This document shows positions 51,116 through 61,168 of a DNA stretch of 64,000 nucleotides, in pieces (within the stretch, counting starts at the first letter, position 1; each line of letters opens with the position of its first letter). The notes under the pieces were generated by a model. The model ran no database searches. It had not been told where the DNA came from and was given only the letters and a program-made list of their open reading frames with translations. The stretch lies in NCBI GenBank assembly GCA_963740085.1, contig CAVUCU010000001.1, forward strand, positions 512,001-576,000, read 5' to 3'. A program made the translations under genes and the position numbers. This DNA is from Nitrospirota bacterium (lineage in GTDB: Bacteria > Nitrospirota > UBA9217).

Positions 51116-53278
51116 CTATCCCCGGAGTACCGGTTGCTTGACCGCTATCACCTTGGACACGCCGGAACCTGTAAGCAAGCCCTGGTTCATGGCCATGATA
51201 AGCACGGAAGCGTACAGGGCGTTCGGTTTCGAGGCCTTTGCAGCCACCGGTCTGAAAGACCCGGTTCCGATCTTCGCTGCCTTCACCTTTTTGACTGCAG
51301 CAGTGATATCTTTTCCCTTAAAGGCCTTTGTCTTGCTCATTGCCGCCGAGATATCGGCCGCGATCTCCAAGCCATCCTTTGCCTCTCCGGCAGGATGCTG
51401 CACCGGAGCAACGGTCTTAACCGCGCCGTAGGTATTCATAACGGTCCCCTGCCTCTCATAGAGGGCAGCCATGGGAAGCACCAGGTCCGCCTTTTCTGCA
51501 AACGGCGTCATATGACTTGCCTGCACGATTATCATGTTGGATTTGAAATCAGCATCTCCCACGTTGCCGGCAACGAACAGCGCTTTCATGCCGGACCTCA
51601 TTTCAGCATAGCCCTTGCCCGCCTTTTTCACCTTGACAGCGCCTGGACCAAGATCAGGTACGCAACCCATCTGCATCGCTCCCAGGGCGTTCGCCTCAAG
51701 CATGAGCGGCAGCACCCCCGCATTGGTCATGAGCGCAAGGTTCAAGGCCTGGAACGAAGCGTCTTCATTCGTCGAAATGCCGGTACCGATAATGACGAGC
51801 GCCTGTTTTGCCGCGGCAAGCGCCTTTCCGGCGTTTGCAAGCTGCTCAGCCGAAACGCCTGACGTGGATGCGGCGGTGTCAATGCTTACGAGCGATTTTT
51901 TCAGGGCATCAAACCCCTTTGCAGAAGAAGTTGCACCCTCAGCGATCGCAGCACTCATGAGGCCCGCGAGAAGGACCGTGTCGGTCCCTTCTTTGAGCTG
52001 TAGATGAATGGCATTCTGATGGCCCGCGAGCTCGATCTTCTCCGGGTTCACCACTATGACCTTTGCGCCAGCCTGGGCCCTTCTCCTGATCATAACCTCC
52101 ACTTCCTGGAGGGATTGTTTCTTCTGCGACGGGTCGGCGCCGATCACCACGATCACGTCGGCGGATCTGAGATCGGCCCGTGATGCGATGGTGATACCCG
52201 CATCGCCATAGACCGAACGGAGAGCAGAGATCAGGCCGCCCGCATACGCGGACGCCGGCGTATCGACATTCGGGCTTCCCGCCACATCTCGGGCAAGCTT
52301 CTGAACAGCATATGCCTCCTCGTTCGTGAGCGAACCGGCGGCGATGAACCCCGCATTGACTCCTGCCTTCTTGAAGGCGTCAGCCGCGAGCTTTGCTGCA
52401 TCTTCCCAGGTGGTGGGCACGAGTTTTCCGCCCTGTTTCTTCATGGGTGTCATGATACGATTAGCCGTTTTTAACGAATCAAACCCGAAACGGCCGATCA
52501 CACAAATGTAGCCGTTGTCCTCTTTCGCGTTCACCTTCACAATCTTACCGTCCTTGCTGCTCGTGACAACGCTGCAACCCGAGCCGCAGGCGGTGCAGAC
52601 CGTTTCCTGTTTTTTAAGGTCCCATTCCCTGCCGTGCTGCCAACGGTCGCGTTCCATGATCGCATTGACCGGGCATGCGTCAACGCAAGACCCGCAGAAC
52701 GTGCAGCCCGAATCCTGGAGCGGTTTGTCCATCGCCGTGGTTACTTTGGTGGCGATGCCGCGGCCCATAAAGTCGAGCACGTTCGTGTTCTGCTCCTTGC
52801 AGACCCGTACACACCGGCCGCACAGGATGCAGTAGTTGTTGTCAATGGTGATGAAAGGGCTCCGGTCGTTGAGCTCGTAGTTGAAGCTCTTCCTGCCGAA
52901 AGACGATTCCTGAATTTTCAGGTCCGCGGCATACCGCTGCAGATCGCAGGCGCCGGCCTTGGGGCAGGTCATGCAATCCAAGGGGTGGAAGGACAGGACC
53001 AGGTCGGTCACAAATTTTCTGATCTCCTCGACCTTGGGGGTGCTGGTCTGGACCTTCATCCCTTCCTTGGTCCGGGTGGTGCAACCGGTAACCGGCGTCT
53101 TCATGCCCTCGATCTCCACCATGCACATGCGGCATGCGCCCACCCCTCTGAGTTCCTTGATATGGCACAGGTTCGGGATGTGGATCCCAACGGTCGCCGC
53201 TGCGTCCACAAGGGTCATGCCCTCGGGAACAGAAACGGCCTTGCCGTCAAATTCCATGTTCAACATCTTGGTCGTCAT
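51116..53278 (-). CDS. NuoG/FdhA-like multi-Fe-S subunit (HydA/BfuA-like, probably cofactor-less molybdopterin fold)
   Basis: 2Fe-2S, HxxxCxxCxxxxxC, two CxxCxxCxxxC and CxxCxxGC..C motifs, then a molybdopterin-oxidoreductase-like body with no Cys/Sec at the usual Mo-ligand position. Confidence 0.85.
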   Translation of the reverse strand: MTTKMLNMEFDGKAVSVPEGMTLVDAAATVGIHIPNLCHIKELRGVGACRMCMVEIEGMKTPVTGCTTRTKEGMKVQTSTPKVEEIRKFVTDLVLSFHPLDCMTCPKAGACDLQRYAADLKIQESSFGRKSFNYELNDRSPFITIDNNYCILCGRCVRVCKEQNTNVLDFMGRGIATKVTTAMDKPLQDSGCTFCGSCVDACPVNAIMERDRWQHGREWDLKKQETVCTACGSGCSVVTSSKDGKIVKVNAKEDNGYICVIGRFGFDSLKTANRIMTPMKKQGGKLVPTTWEDAAKLAADAFKKAGVNAGFIAAGSLTNEEAYAVQKLARDVAGSPNVDTPASAYAGGLISALRSVYGDAGITIASRADLRSADVIVVIGADPSQKKQSLQEVEVMIRRRAQAGAKVIVVNPEKIELAGHQNAIHLQLKEGTDTVLLAGLMSAAIAEGATSSAKGFDALKKSLVSIDTAASTSGVSAEQLANAGKALAAAKQALVIIGTGISTNEDASFQALNLALMTNAGVLPLMLEANALGAMQMGCVPDLGPGAVKVKKAGKGYAEMRSGMKALFVAGNVGDADFKSNMIIVQASHMTPFAEKADLVLPMAALYERQGTVMNTYGAVKTVAPVQHPAGEAKDGLEIAADISAAMSKTKAFKGKDITAAVKKVKAAKIGTGSFRPVAAKASKPNALYASVLIMAMNQGLLTGSGVSKVIAVKQPVLRG

Positions 53279-53436
53279 AGCATCCTCCAGAATATCGCTT
53301 CGTAAAATTTTCAGAAAAAGATCCAGAATGGGGCAGCTGAATTATGTTCTCTCTCAATCACTGTCTAAGTGATTCCTGGTTACACAGGGGTACGCATGAT
53401 GATGCTCACCAGACGTTACGCTCTATCTTACAATCC

Positions 53437-54132
53437 TTATTTCCTGCCCGCGATGGACTCTTCGGCGGGCATGGTCTTGTGGATCACGCAGGACGGGTCG
53501 CCACCGAGGGCGTTTGCTCGGACGTCGCAGGTGCAGACCAGCGTCCGAACCGGAGGCTTAGTGACCGCCTCGCGGTTAATCGTCTCGCGATCTTGTTCGA
53601 TGATCACAACTGCCTTCTCGGGACAGACCTTGATACATTCGCCGCAGTGGGTGCACCGCTGTTGCCGGATGCGGAAAGGGGTGAACCCTCCCTTATACGG
53701 CTGCAGCTTCTGACCCTCGATCGCGTTGTCCTTGCAGACCTCGCGGCATTTGTCACACATGGTGCACAGCGCAGCATTGATCTCATACCGGACGAGCGGT
53801 TTGCACTCATGATAGGTGCAGACACCTTTGATATGCCTATCGAGGTCGCCGGCGCTGTTGGCAAGAAAAGCCGCCAGGATATCGGCATGGTCCTTGCCTT
53901 TCTTGCACATGCCGCCGTCCTTCACCTCAATGGCAATACGTTTGAGCAGGGCAGCGTCCTTTTCCCTGCCTTTTCCGGCCTGGATCGCTTCGAGGATCTT
54001 GATAGCATCGAAGATGCCAAGCTTGCAGGGATGGCACTTGGAGCACATGCCGTCCTTGGAGTCGTCATTATAGAAGAACGTCAGTTTCCGCCGCGTGGCA
54101 TTGACCGGACACTTATTTTCTTGTTGCGACAT
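53437..54132 (-). CDS. Fe-S protein resembling a stand-alone NuoF/HydB C-terminal module
   Basis: CSKCHPC..C, H..C..C and two 4Fe-4S ferredoxin motifs; GGAGG SD before ATG 54132; overlaps the end of the NuoF-like gene. Confidence 0.82.
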   Translation of the reverse strand: MSQQENKCPVNATRRKLTFFYNDDSKDGMCSKCHPCKLGIFDAIKILEAIQAGKGREKDAALLKRIAIEVKDGGMCKKGKDHADILAAFLANSAGDLDRHIKGVCTYHECKPLVRYEINAALCTMCDKCREVCKDNAIEGQKLQPYKGGFTPFRIRQQRCTHCGECIKVCPEKAVVIIEQDRETINREAVTKPPVRTLVCTCDVRANALGGDPSCVIHKTMPAEESIAGRK

Positions 54133-56011
54133 GGTCCCTCCTCTTCTCGATCGTGATGGCCTGAGTGGGACAGACACTGTAGCAGGCCTTGCACCGGGTG
54201 CAGTAGTCCTGATCGATAAAGAACTTGTCCCGAAGCTCCACTACCGCATCAAAGGCGCAGGCCTGTTTGCAGAGACCACAGAGAATGCAATGCTCGGGCA
54301 ATATCCTGTATGCCCCCAATCCCTGGCAACGTCTGGCCCGGCAGTACTTGTCGTGCACATGCTCTTCGTATTCTTCGCGGAAATACTTGATCGTCGAGAG
54401 CACCGGGTTCGGAGCGCTGTTCCCGAGACCGCAGAGCGACCCGGCAACGACCATCTTGCCCATCTTCTCAAGCCGCTCGATGTCGCCTTGCTCCCCGTAT
54501 CCCGTGGTGATTTTGTCCAGGAGTTCATACATCTGCCAGGTTCCGACACGGCAGGGCGGACACTTGCCGCAGGATTCGCTCTTGGTAAAGGACAGGAAAA
54601 ACTTGGCCACGTCCACCATACAGTCGTCATCGTCCAGCACCACCATCCCGCCGGAGCCCATGATGGAGCCCACCGTCGCAAGGGTGTCGAAGTCCACCTG
54701 CATGTCAAGGAATTTGGCCGGGATGCAGCCGCCCGAGGGTCCGCCGGTCTGGACCGCCTTGAATTGTCTTTCCGGGTTCAGCATGCCGCCGCCGATATCG
54801 AAGATAATCTCCCGGAGTGTGATGCCCATGGGAACTTCGATAAGGCCCGTGTTCTTGATCTTACCGGTAAGGGCGAAAACCTTGGTCCCTTTTGATTTCT
54901 CGGTCCCGATCTTTGTATAGTAATCGAGTCCCTTGGTAATGATCGTGGGAACATTTGCAAAGGTCTCAACGTTGTTCAGATTCGTAGGCATGTTCCAGAG
55001 GCCGCCGGCGGATTCGGAGAGACGTGGAGGACGGGGACGCGGCATGCCGCGCTCGCCCTCAAGGGACGCGACCAGCGCAGTGGACTCACCGCAGACAAAT
55101 GCTCCCGCGCCTTCTTTGATCTCAATGTCAAACTCGAGTCCGGAGCCAAGGATGTTCTTGCCCAGGAGGCCCATACCCCTGGCCTGGGTAATGGCAACGC
55201 CGAGGTTTTTCACCGCAAGAGGATATTCATGCCGCACGTAGATAAAGCCGTGTTGCGCACCGATCGCATACGCGTTGATAAGCATGCCCTCAAGAACGGA
55301 ATGAGGGTCACCTTCCATGAGGGAGCGGTCCATGAACGCGCCGGGGTCGCCTTCGTCGCCGTTACATACCACTGCCTTGATCCTCGCGCCGGATTTTTTC
55401 GTATGCTCCCACTTGAGGCCTGCCGGGAAACCTGCTCCCCCGCGGCCGCGAAGACCGGACTTCTTCACGATGTCGATGACGTCATCGGGCTTCATCTCGG
55501 TCAGCGCCTTGGCGAGGCCGGTATACCCGTCCTCTCGGATGGCGTCATAAATATTGCAGGGATCGACAACCCCGTTCCGATGGAGCGCCACGCGCTTCTG
55601 CTTCTTGTAAAAGGGAATATCACTCACCTTCTCGTTCGGATCGGACAAGGGGAACTCGCGGTAGAGCTTCTTGCGATAGGATACACCGTGGAGCACGGAA
55701 TCAGAGAAGAGCGTCGGGACGTCAGCTACCTTCACCTTCTGGTAAAAGATCTCCTGTGGGTCCTGGATCACCACCGGACCGCGCTGGCAGAACCCCTGGC
55801 ACCCTGTCTTGACAATCTCGAGCTTTTCCCCCTTCTGGGCCGCCTCCTTCTCGAATTGATCAATAAGTTTCAAGGATCCCGTGGCCTGGCACGCGGTACC
55901 GCAACAGATACGCACCCGGTGGGCATCACTCTCCGCGTGCTCCTTTTGGAGCTTCAGGCGCAAGGCATCGAGGTCTTTAACATTTTCCAGCCGCTTAAAC
56001 GTGAGTTCCAT
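54113..56011 (-). CDS. NuoF/HydB-like NAD(H)/FMN-binding subunit (long, bifurcating type)
   Basis: N-terminal 2Fe-2S domain; GLRGRGGAGF, DEGDPGAFMD, GAGAFVCGE, GGPSGGC and ESCGKCPPCR motifs; C-terminal 2x4Fe-4S. Confidence 0.92.
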   Translation of the reverse strand: MELTFKRLENVKDLDALRLKLQKEHAESDAHRVRICCGTACQATGSLKLIDQFEKEAAQKGEKLEIVKTGCQGFCQRGPVVIQDPQEIFYQKVKVADVPTLFSDSVLHGVSYRKKLYREFPLSDPNEKVSDIPFYKKQKRVALHRNGVVDPCNIYDAIREDGYTGLAKALTEMKPDDVIDIVKKSGLRGRGGAGFPAGLKWEHTKKSGARIKAVVCNGDEGDPGAFMDRSLMEGDPHSVLEGMLINAYAIGAQHGFIYVRHEYPLAVKNLGVAITQARGMGLLGKNILGSGLEFDIEIKEGAGAFVCGESTALVASLEGERGMPRPRPPRLSESAGGLWNMPTNLNNVETFANVPTIITKGLDYYTKIGTEKSKGTKVFALTGKIKNTGLIEVPMGITLREIIFDIGGGMLNPERQFKAVQTGGPSGGCIPAKFLDMQVDFDTLATVGSIMGSGGMVVLDDDDCMVDVAKFFLSFTKSESCGKCPPCRVGTWQMYELLDKITTGYGEQGDIERLEKMGKMVVAGSLCGLGNSAPNPVLSTIKYFREEYEEHVHDKYCRARRCQGLGAYRILPEHCILCGLCKQACAFDAVVELRDKFFIDQDYCTRCKACYSVCPTQAITIEKRRDHVATRK

Positions 56012-56483
56012 GTTCGCTCCTCACCGTATTGATTATTTCTTCTACCATCCTGGGCGTCAGTTCGCCGAACAGGTCCTTGTCGTTGATCGTGGTAACGGGC
56101 GCCAGTGCGCAACACCCCACGCACCCCACGGTCTCGAGCGTAACGGACAGGTCCTTGGTTGTCTCGCCTTCCTTGATCCCGAGCTTATGCTCCATTTCCG
56201 TGAGCACGGCCTTTGCGCCACGCACGTGGCAGGCAGTACCCATGCAGACCTTGACGATGTTCTTACCGCGGGGCTTGAAATGGAAATGCTTGTAGAACGA
56301 TGCAACGCCGTAAACATTGTTCAGTGACAGGGACATCCGCTCGGCGATCATGGCCATAGCCTCTTCCGGCAGATAACCGATCTTCTCCTGGACACGCTGG
56401 AATACGGCGATAAGAATGCCCCGCTGACCAGCGGTATCATTAAGGACGGCATCAACCTTATTTATGTCTTCTTGTTGGAGCAC
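55995..56483 (-). CDS. NuoE/HydC-like 2Fe-2S subunit
   Basis: GVASFY, CMGTACHVRG and GCVGCCALAP motifs; GTG start after GGAGG. Confidence 0.92.
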   Translation of the reverse strand: MLQQEDINKVDAVLNDTAGQRGILIAVFQRVQEKIGYLPEEAMAMIAERMSLSLNNVYGVASFYKHFHFKPRGKNIVKVCMGTACHVRGAKAVLTEMEHKLGIKEGETTKDLSVTLETVGCVGCCALAPVTTINDKDLFGELTPRMVEEIINTVRSEHGTHV

Positions 56484-56636
56484 GATAAGAACCTCCCTCG
56501 TGAAATTGCGAACAGAACAACCGGAGCAGCAGGTTTGCCTGCTGATTTTTCAAGGTCTTGCTGATTAATATAGCACCGCGGTTGTTTTTCGTGATCATGA
56601 ATCGAAAGGTAAAAAAGGATTATGTATAAGGTTTGT

Positions 56637-56665
56637 ATATTAGCAAGCGCGGGGTAAAAAATCAA
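56637..56665 (-). promoter_or_regulatory. Putative promoter of the NuoEFG-like operon
   Basis: TTGATT-17nt-TAATAT with an extended -10 TG. Confidence 0.5.
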
Positions 56666-56812
56666 GAGAAAACATTATAAAATAAAGATCATTAACGTCT
56701 ATAATGCAAAGTTCGAATCCGTTTAACCGGGAATTTTCGAAATAATGAGGGTGCGGTAATCCCTTCAAAACGCACAAGGCATTTTCATCTTCAACATCAA
56801 TAGGTTCCCAAT

Positions 56813-56841
56813 TTGACACGTATGCAATGACCTGCTATCAT
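56813..56841 (+). promoter_or_regulatory. Putative promoter of glgC
   Basis: TTGACA-17nt-TATCAT. Confidence 0.6.
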
Positions 56842-56881
56842 ATTAATTATTAAACGATTGCGTAGAGAATGGTAGCAAATT

Positions 56882-58135
56882 ATGAGCATTCTGGCAATGA
56901 TCCTTGCCGGCGGCAAGGGAGAACGGCTCCATCCCCTCACCATCCACCGAGCGAAGCCTGCGGTCCCCTTTGGCGGCATTTACCGTATCATCGACTTCTC
57001 CCTCTCGAACTGCATCAATTCCAGCATCCGAAAGATCGCTGTGCTGCCCCAATATAAGTCCCTGTCTTTGGACAAACACCTGCGGCTCGCCTGGAACCTT
57101 TTTTCCGGGGAATTGAACGAATACATCATCTCCGTACCACCCCAGCAGCGCGTAGGAGACAAGTGGTATCAGGGAACCGCCGATGCCATCTACCAGAACA
57201 TCTATATGATCGAAAAAGACGCGCCGGACCATGTTCTCGTGCTTGCAGGAGACCACATCTATAAAATGGACTACGCCGAAATGTTCCGGTTCCATAAAGA
57301 GAACACGGCCGATGCAACCGTGGCGGCCATCGAAACGCCACGGACAAATGCCACCGCCTTTGGCATCGTCGAGGTGGACCGTAGAAGCAGGATCGTCGGA
57401 TTCGAGGAAAAACCCAAAGAACCCAGACCCATCCCTGGCCGGCCCGGCATAGCCTTCGCGTCCATGGGCATCTACCTGTTCAACACTAAAACCTTGCTGG
57501 AATATCTGAAGTCCGACGCGCTCCAAGACACTGCCCACGACTTCGGCAAGAACATCATTCCCCAGATGATGAAGACCGCACGTGTCTGCGCCTATAATTT
57601 CAAGGATGAGAATAAAAAAGAAGCAAAGTACTGGCGCGATGTAGGAACGATCGACGCCTACTGGGAGGCCAACATGGACCTGGTACGCGTTGACCCGCTC
57701 CTCAACCTCTACGACAAGGCATGGCCCATCCGAACCTATCAGGCGCAGAATCCGCCGGCCAAGTTCGTGTTCGCCCAGGAGAAAAAAGGAGGCCGGCTCG
57801 GCATCGCACTTGACTCTATCGTGGCTCACGGCTGTATCGTGAGCGGCGGCCGGGTGCAGAATTCCGTGCTATCGCCGAACGTCCGTGTGAACAGTTACAG
57901 TGAAGTGCGTGACTCAATTCTCATGGAGAACGTCGATATCGGACGGCACAGTCGCATCCGGCGCGCCATCATTGACAAGGACGTCGTGATACCTCCGAAG
58001 ACCGAGATCGGGTATAACCTTGAGAATGACAAGAAGCGCTACCACGTAACGCCTTCGGGTATAGTAGTGATCGCGAAAGGAACAGAAGTGTCGGAGAAAA
58101 AAAGGGCAGCGGCTATAACGGAAGAGAGGGCATAA
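56882..58135 (+). CDS. glgC: Glucose-1-phosphate adenylyltransferase
   Basis: LAGGKGERL, RAKPAVPFGG, WYQGTADA, FEEKP and YWRDVGT motifs. Confidence 0.97.
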   Translation: MSILAMILAGGKGERLHPLTIHRAKPAVPFGGIYRIIDFSLSNCINSSIRKIAVLPQYKSLSLDKHLRLAWNLFSGELNEYIISVPPQQRVGDKWYQGTADAIYQNIYMIEKDAPDHVLVLAGDHIYKMDYAEMFRFHKENTADATVAAIETPRTNATAFGIVEVDRRSRIVGFEEKPKEPRPIPGRPGIAFASMGIYLFNTKTLLEYLKSDALQDTAHDFGKNIIPQMMKTARVCAYNFKDENKKEAKYWRDVGTIDAYWEANMDLVRVDPLLNLYDKAWPIRTYQAQNPPAKFVFAQEKKGGRLGIALDSIVAHGCIVSGGRVQNSVLSPNVRVNSYSEVRDSILMENVDIGRHSRIRRAIIDKDVVIPPKTEIGYNLENDKKRYHVTPSGIVVIAKGTEVSEKKRAAAITEERA

Positions 58136-58247
58136 GCCATGCTGCGCCGATTTCTTTTTTGATCCTCATCATTCCTGAGAAAACAGAACCCGGCCTTTTC
58201 ATAAAGCTCCAGGTCCCAATCAATTCCGGCTTCAACGCGGAACAGGT

Positions 58248-58880
58248 CTATTTATCATCCCACTTCGTCGGCATGAAAATATTTCGCAGCTTGAGCCACC
58301 GGCGCTCGCTGTCCGTCAACAGCTCGGGTCCGAAGATTTTCTTCATTTTAATGAGCGACAGGCGATCGGCGAGCCCAAGCAGCCCGGTGAAGAATCGACC
58401 GATCAGGGGGATGCTTCCCGAATGAAGAGCCGAGGCCAGGTCCACCACGAATATGTTCCCGTCGACGAACAGAATATTCGTCCTGCGATGCAGATCAAGA
58501 TGCACCCAGCCGCGCTTATGCAGCTCATCAACGATACGCTCGAATTGGCGTATGACCTCAGGCCCGAACTCGCCCCGCTGAAAACAACCGAGGTCCTTAC
58601 CCTCGAGATACTCGACGGCAAGGGAATAGCGCGAGAGCCGCTTGAACTGCTGCGGCAGCCCCTCGACGCCGCTCAGCGCTTCGTAGGCCCTGGCCTCCCT
58701 TCCGATAACGATGAGACCGACGAGATTCCGTTCCCAGAACCCTTTTTGCGAATAATCCTTCACCACGAACCGGCGCCCTTCGGAGCGCGTGATGAAAATA
58801 TCTGCCTTGGTGAACCGGCCCCTGATCAGGACCTTCTCGAGATTCGCGATCGCTTCGTCGTATGTCAGGCCGGGCTGCAT
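58248..58880 (-). CDS. RIO/Kdo-like kinase-fold protein
   Basis: VVKDY, REARAY, HLDLHRRTNIL and VDL motifs. Confidence 0.75.
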   Translation of the reverse strand: MQPGLTYDEAIANLEKVLIRGRFTKADIFITRSEGRRFVVKDYSQKGFWERNLVGLIVIGREARAYEALSGVEGLPQQFKRLSRYSLAVEYLEGKDLGCFQRGEFGPEVIRQFERIVDELHKRGWVHLDLHRRTNILFVDGNIFVVDLASALHSGSIPLIGRFFTGLLGLADRLSLIKMKKIFGPELLTDSERRWLKLRNIFMPTKWDDK

Positions 58881-58965
58881 CGTTTGTGTGCACCTCAAAA
58901 AGTTTCATCATTTTAGAAGCACCGCGGGAAAGAGTCAAGGGATTAATAGGCAGGCAGAACCAAAG

Positions 58966-58997
58966 AAAAAGCCTCCTGTTCGGCTTGACAGGAGGCT
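58966..58997 (-). terminator. Intrinsic terminator
   Basis: AGCCTCCTGT-loop-ACAGGAGGCT with an adjacent A run on the plus strand. Confidence 0.75.
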
Positions 58998-59013
58998 CGG
59001 TGACCTTCTCTTT

Positions 59014-59484
59014 CTAAACACCCGGTCGGCTTTCACCGCACCACGACCCTGCCCATGCCGGAACCCCGCTTGCATCGCGAAGTTTCAGGACATCGCTGCC
59101 TCTTTTTACCTCGGCTGCAATGAAGACGTCTTCTCTCCGGCGGAATACCTTCGATCCTTTGATCTCCACCATATCGCCCGAAGTGAGCTTCATCGTCTGC
59201 TTATCGAGGTACCACTGCGGCCCAAGATGCACTACGATATTAGACTCTCCCATGTTGAGCGTAAGCCCGATGCCCTGACAATTTCCGCGCCGGGAAGTTA
59301 TCGGCTCAAGTGAAACCACCTGTCCCGTCACTGTCTCCACTGTGGCAGGGTCATATATCCGGCCGGAAACGCCTCCCCGGGCACAATTGCCAACACCTTT
59401 ACAACCCCATCCCGGGCCAGCTATTGCTGCCACGGCAACACCAACCACCAGGACCACTACCGCAAGAATGATATATTTTTTCAC
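59014..59484 (-). CDS. Exported OB-fold-like hypothetical protein
   Basis: Signal peptide; YDPATVETVTG, VHLGPQWYL, GDMVEIKGS and LRDASGVPAW pattern. Confidence 0.75.
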   Translation of the reverse strand: MKKYIILAVVVLVVGVAVAAIAGPGWGCKGVGNCARGGVSGRIYDPATVETVTGQVVSLEPITSRRGNCQGIGLTLNMGESNIVVHLGPQWYLDKQTMKLTSGDMVEIKGSKVFRRREDVFIAAEVKRGSDVLKLRDASGVPAWAGSWCGESRPGV

Positions 59485-59674
59485 GTTAACCTCCTCGAGT
59501 AATTTTTGTTACCTGATGGATGGGACACGGGATCGGAATTTAGGTTAAACGGAGAAAGATATTTTCCATCAGTTCACGGAGGAGTGCCAAAGCAGGAACG
59601 GTACGAGGACAGGAAGTTACGAAGATCGTTGTACATTCCGGAACCATGCCCCTCAGCTTCCCGCCTTTTCAAAC

Positions 59675-61168
59675 TCATTTTTCTTCATAATCTCGCAGGA
59701 ACTGCGTCAGGAGCCGCACCCCGATGCCCGTCGCACCTTTGGGTGTGTAAGGCTGTTCCTTTTCGGTCCATGCTGTTGCGGCAATGTCAAGGTGCACCCA
59801 GGGATATTTCTGAATGAACTTCGAGAGAAGCGCTGCCGCCGTGATCACGCCGCCTCTCCTTCCCCCCGTGTTCTTCATGTCGGCGATGTCGCTCTTGATC
59901 TGCTCGTAGTACTCTTCCCAAAGCGGCATTTCCCATACACGTTCGCCGGTCTTTTCGCCTGCCGCGCGAATCTTCTGCTTGAACCGGTCATTGGTGCCGA
60001 GCATGCCGGTCGCCTCGGTGCCCAGGGCAACGCCGCACGCACCCGTGAGTGTGGCAATATCCACGATGACCGCGGGTTTATAGGTGCAGGCGTAGGTGAG
60101 TGCATCGGCAAGAATGAGCCTGCCTTCTGCGTCGGTACTCAGTATCTCGATTGTCTGGCCGGACATGGTGCGAAGCACGTCGCCGGGTTTGAACGCGCTG
60201 CCGCTTGGCATATTCTCCGTTACCGGTAAAAGGCCGACGATATTGAGCGGCAACCTGAGGGCCGCGGCTGTCCGGATCGCTCCGAGCACCGCTGCGCCTC
60301 CGGACATGTCGTCCTTCATCCTGTCCATATTCTCGGCGGGCTTGATCGAAATGCCGCCGGAGTCGAAGGTAATCGTTTTCCCGACAAGCGCTATGAATGG
60401 TTTCGCCCCGCCCTTCCGGTACTCGACAATGACGAACTTCGGCGGCTGCATGCTGCCTGAGGCAACGCCGAGCAGGGCACCCATGCCGAGCTTTTGCATC
60501 CGGTCCTTGTCAAGGACCCGGAGCTTGAGCCCGAACTGCCGCGCGATCTCTTTCGCCTTGATCGCGATGATGACCGGAGTCATGTCGGCAGGTGGCGAAT
60601 TCACCATGTCACGCGCCATGACCGTGGACCCGGCAATGATCTCACCGACCTTCACGCCCTTCCGCATGGCGTTGACCGCACCAACAGATTCCGTCAGGAG
60701 GGAGATCATCCGAACGTCCTTCTTGCGGTCGTTCTCTTCATTGGTCTTGTATTTTAAGAACCGGTAGAGTCCGAGCACGCTCCCCTCGGCCAGCGCCTGG
60801 CCAAGTTCTTCAGCATCAAGACCGATCCCGTCAACGATGACCGTTATAGCCTGCGCGCCTGCGTTTCTCAGCGCAGGCGCGGCCTTACCCACGGCCAGCC
60901 GCATGTGGTTAGGTGTGAACTCACTCCGTTTCCCCAGGCCCACGAGGAGCAGCCGTTCCGCAGGGATCCTGCCTTCGGGATAGAGAAGATGGACCGAGCC
61001 CCTTTTGGGCTTGAAGTCGCCCTTTCTGATCAAGCGCGAGATCATTCCACCGAGCGCCTTGTCTACCCGTTCTGCAACCTTGCGCGGCTTCTCATTTTCG
61101 AAAAGGAGGATTACCGCTGCATCCGTCTTATGCCTCTCTATTTTGCCCGCAAGAACATTGATCTTCAT
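59675..61168 (-). CDS. pepA: Leucyl aminopeptidase (M17)
   Basis: GKTITFDSGG, MKDDMSG, TDAEGRL, ATLTGA and HLDIA motifs. Confidence 0.95.
   Translation of the reverse strand: MKINVLAGKIERHKTDAAVILLFENEKPRKVAERVDKALGGMISRLIRKGDFKPKRGSVHLLYPEGRIPAERLLLVGLGKRSEFTPNHMRLAVGKAAPALRNAGAQAITVIVDGIGLDAEELGQALAEGSVLGLYRFLKYKTNEENDRKKDVRMISLLTESVGAVNAMRKGVKVGEIIAGSTVMARDMVNSPPADMTPVIIAIKAKEIARQFGLKLRVLDKDRMQKLGMGALLGVASGSMQPPKFVIVEYRKGGAKPFIALVGKTITFDSGGISIKPAENMDRMKDDMSGGAAVLGAIRTAAALRLPLNIVGLLPVTENMPSGSAFKPGDVLRTMSGQTIEILSTDAEGRLILADALTYACTYKPAVIVDIATLTGACGVALGTEATGMLGTNDRFKQKIRAAGEKTGERVWEMPLWEEYYEQIKSDIADMKNTGGRRGGVITAAALLSKFIQKYPWVHLDIAATAWTEKEQPYTPKGATGIGVRLLTQFLRDYEEK

Noticed and set aside
56711-56720. 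GTTCGAATCC T-loop-like motif
   Set aside because: No surrounding cloverleaf structure
59014-59484. Resemblance to MamS/MamX-like domains suggesting magnetosome genes
   Set aside because: The domain is widespread and no other mam/mad genes are present
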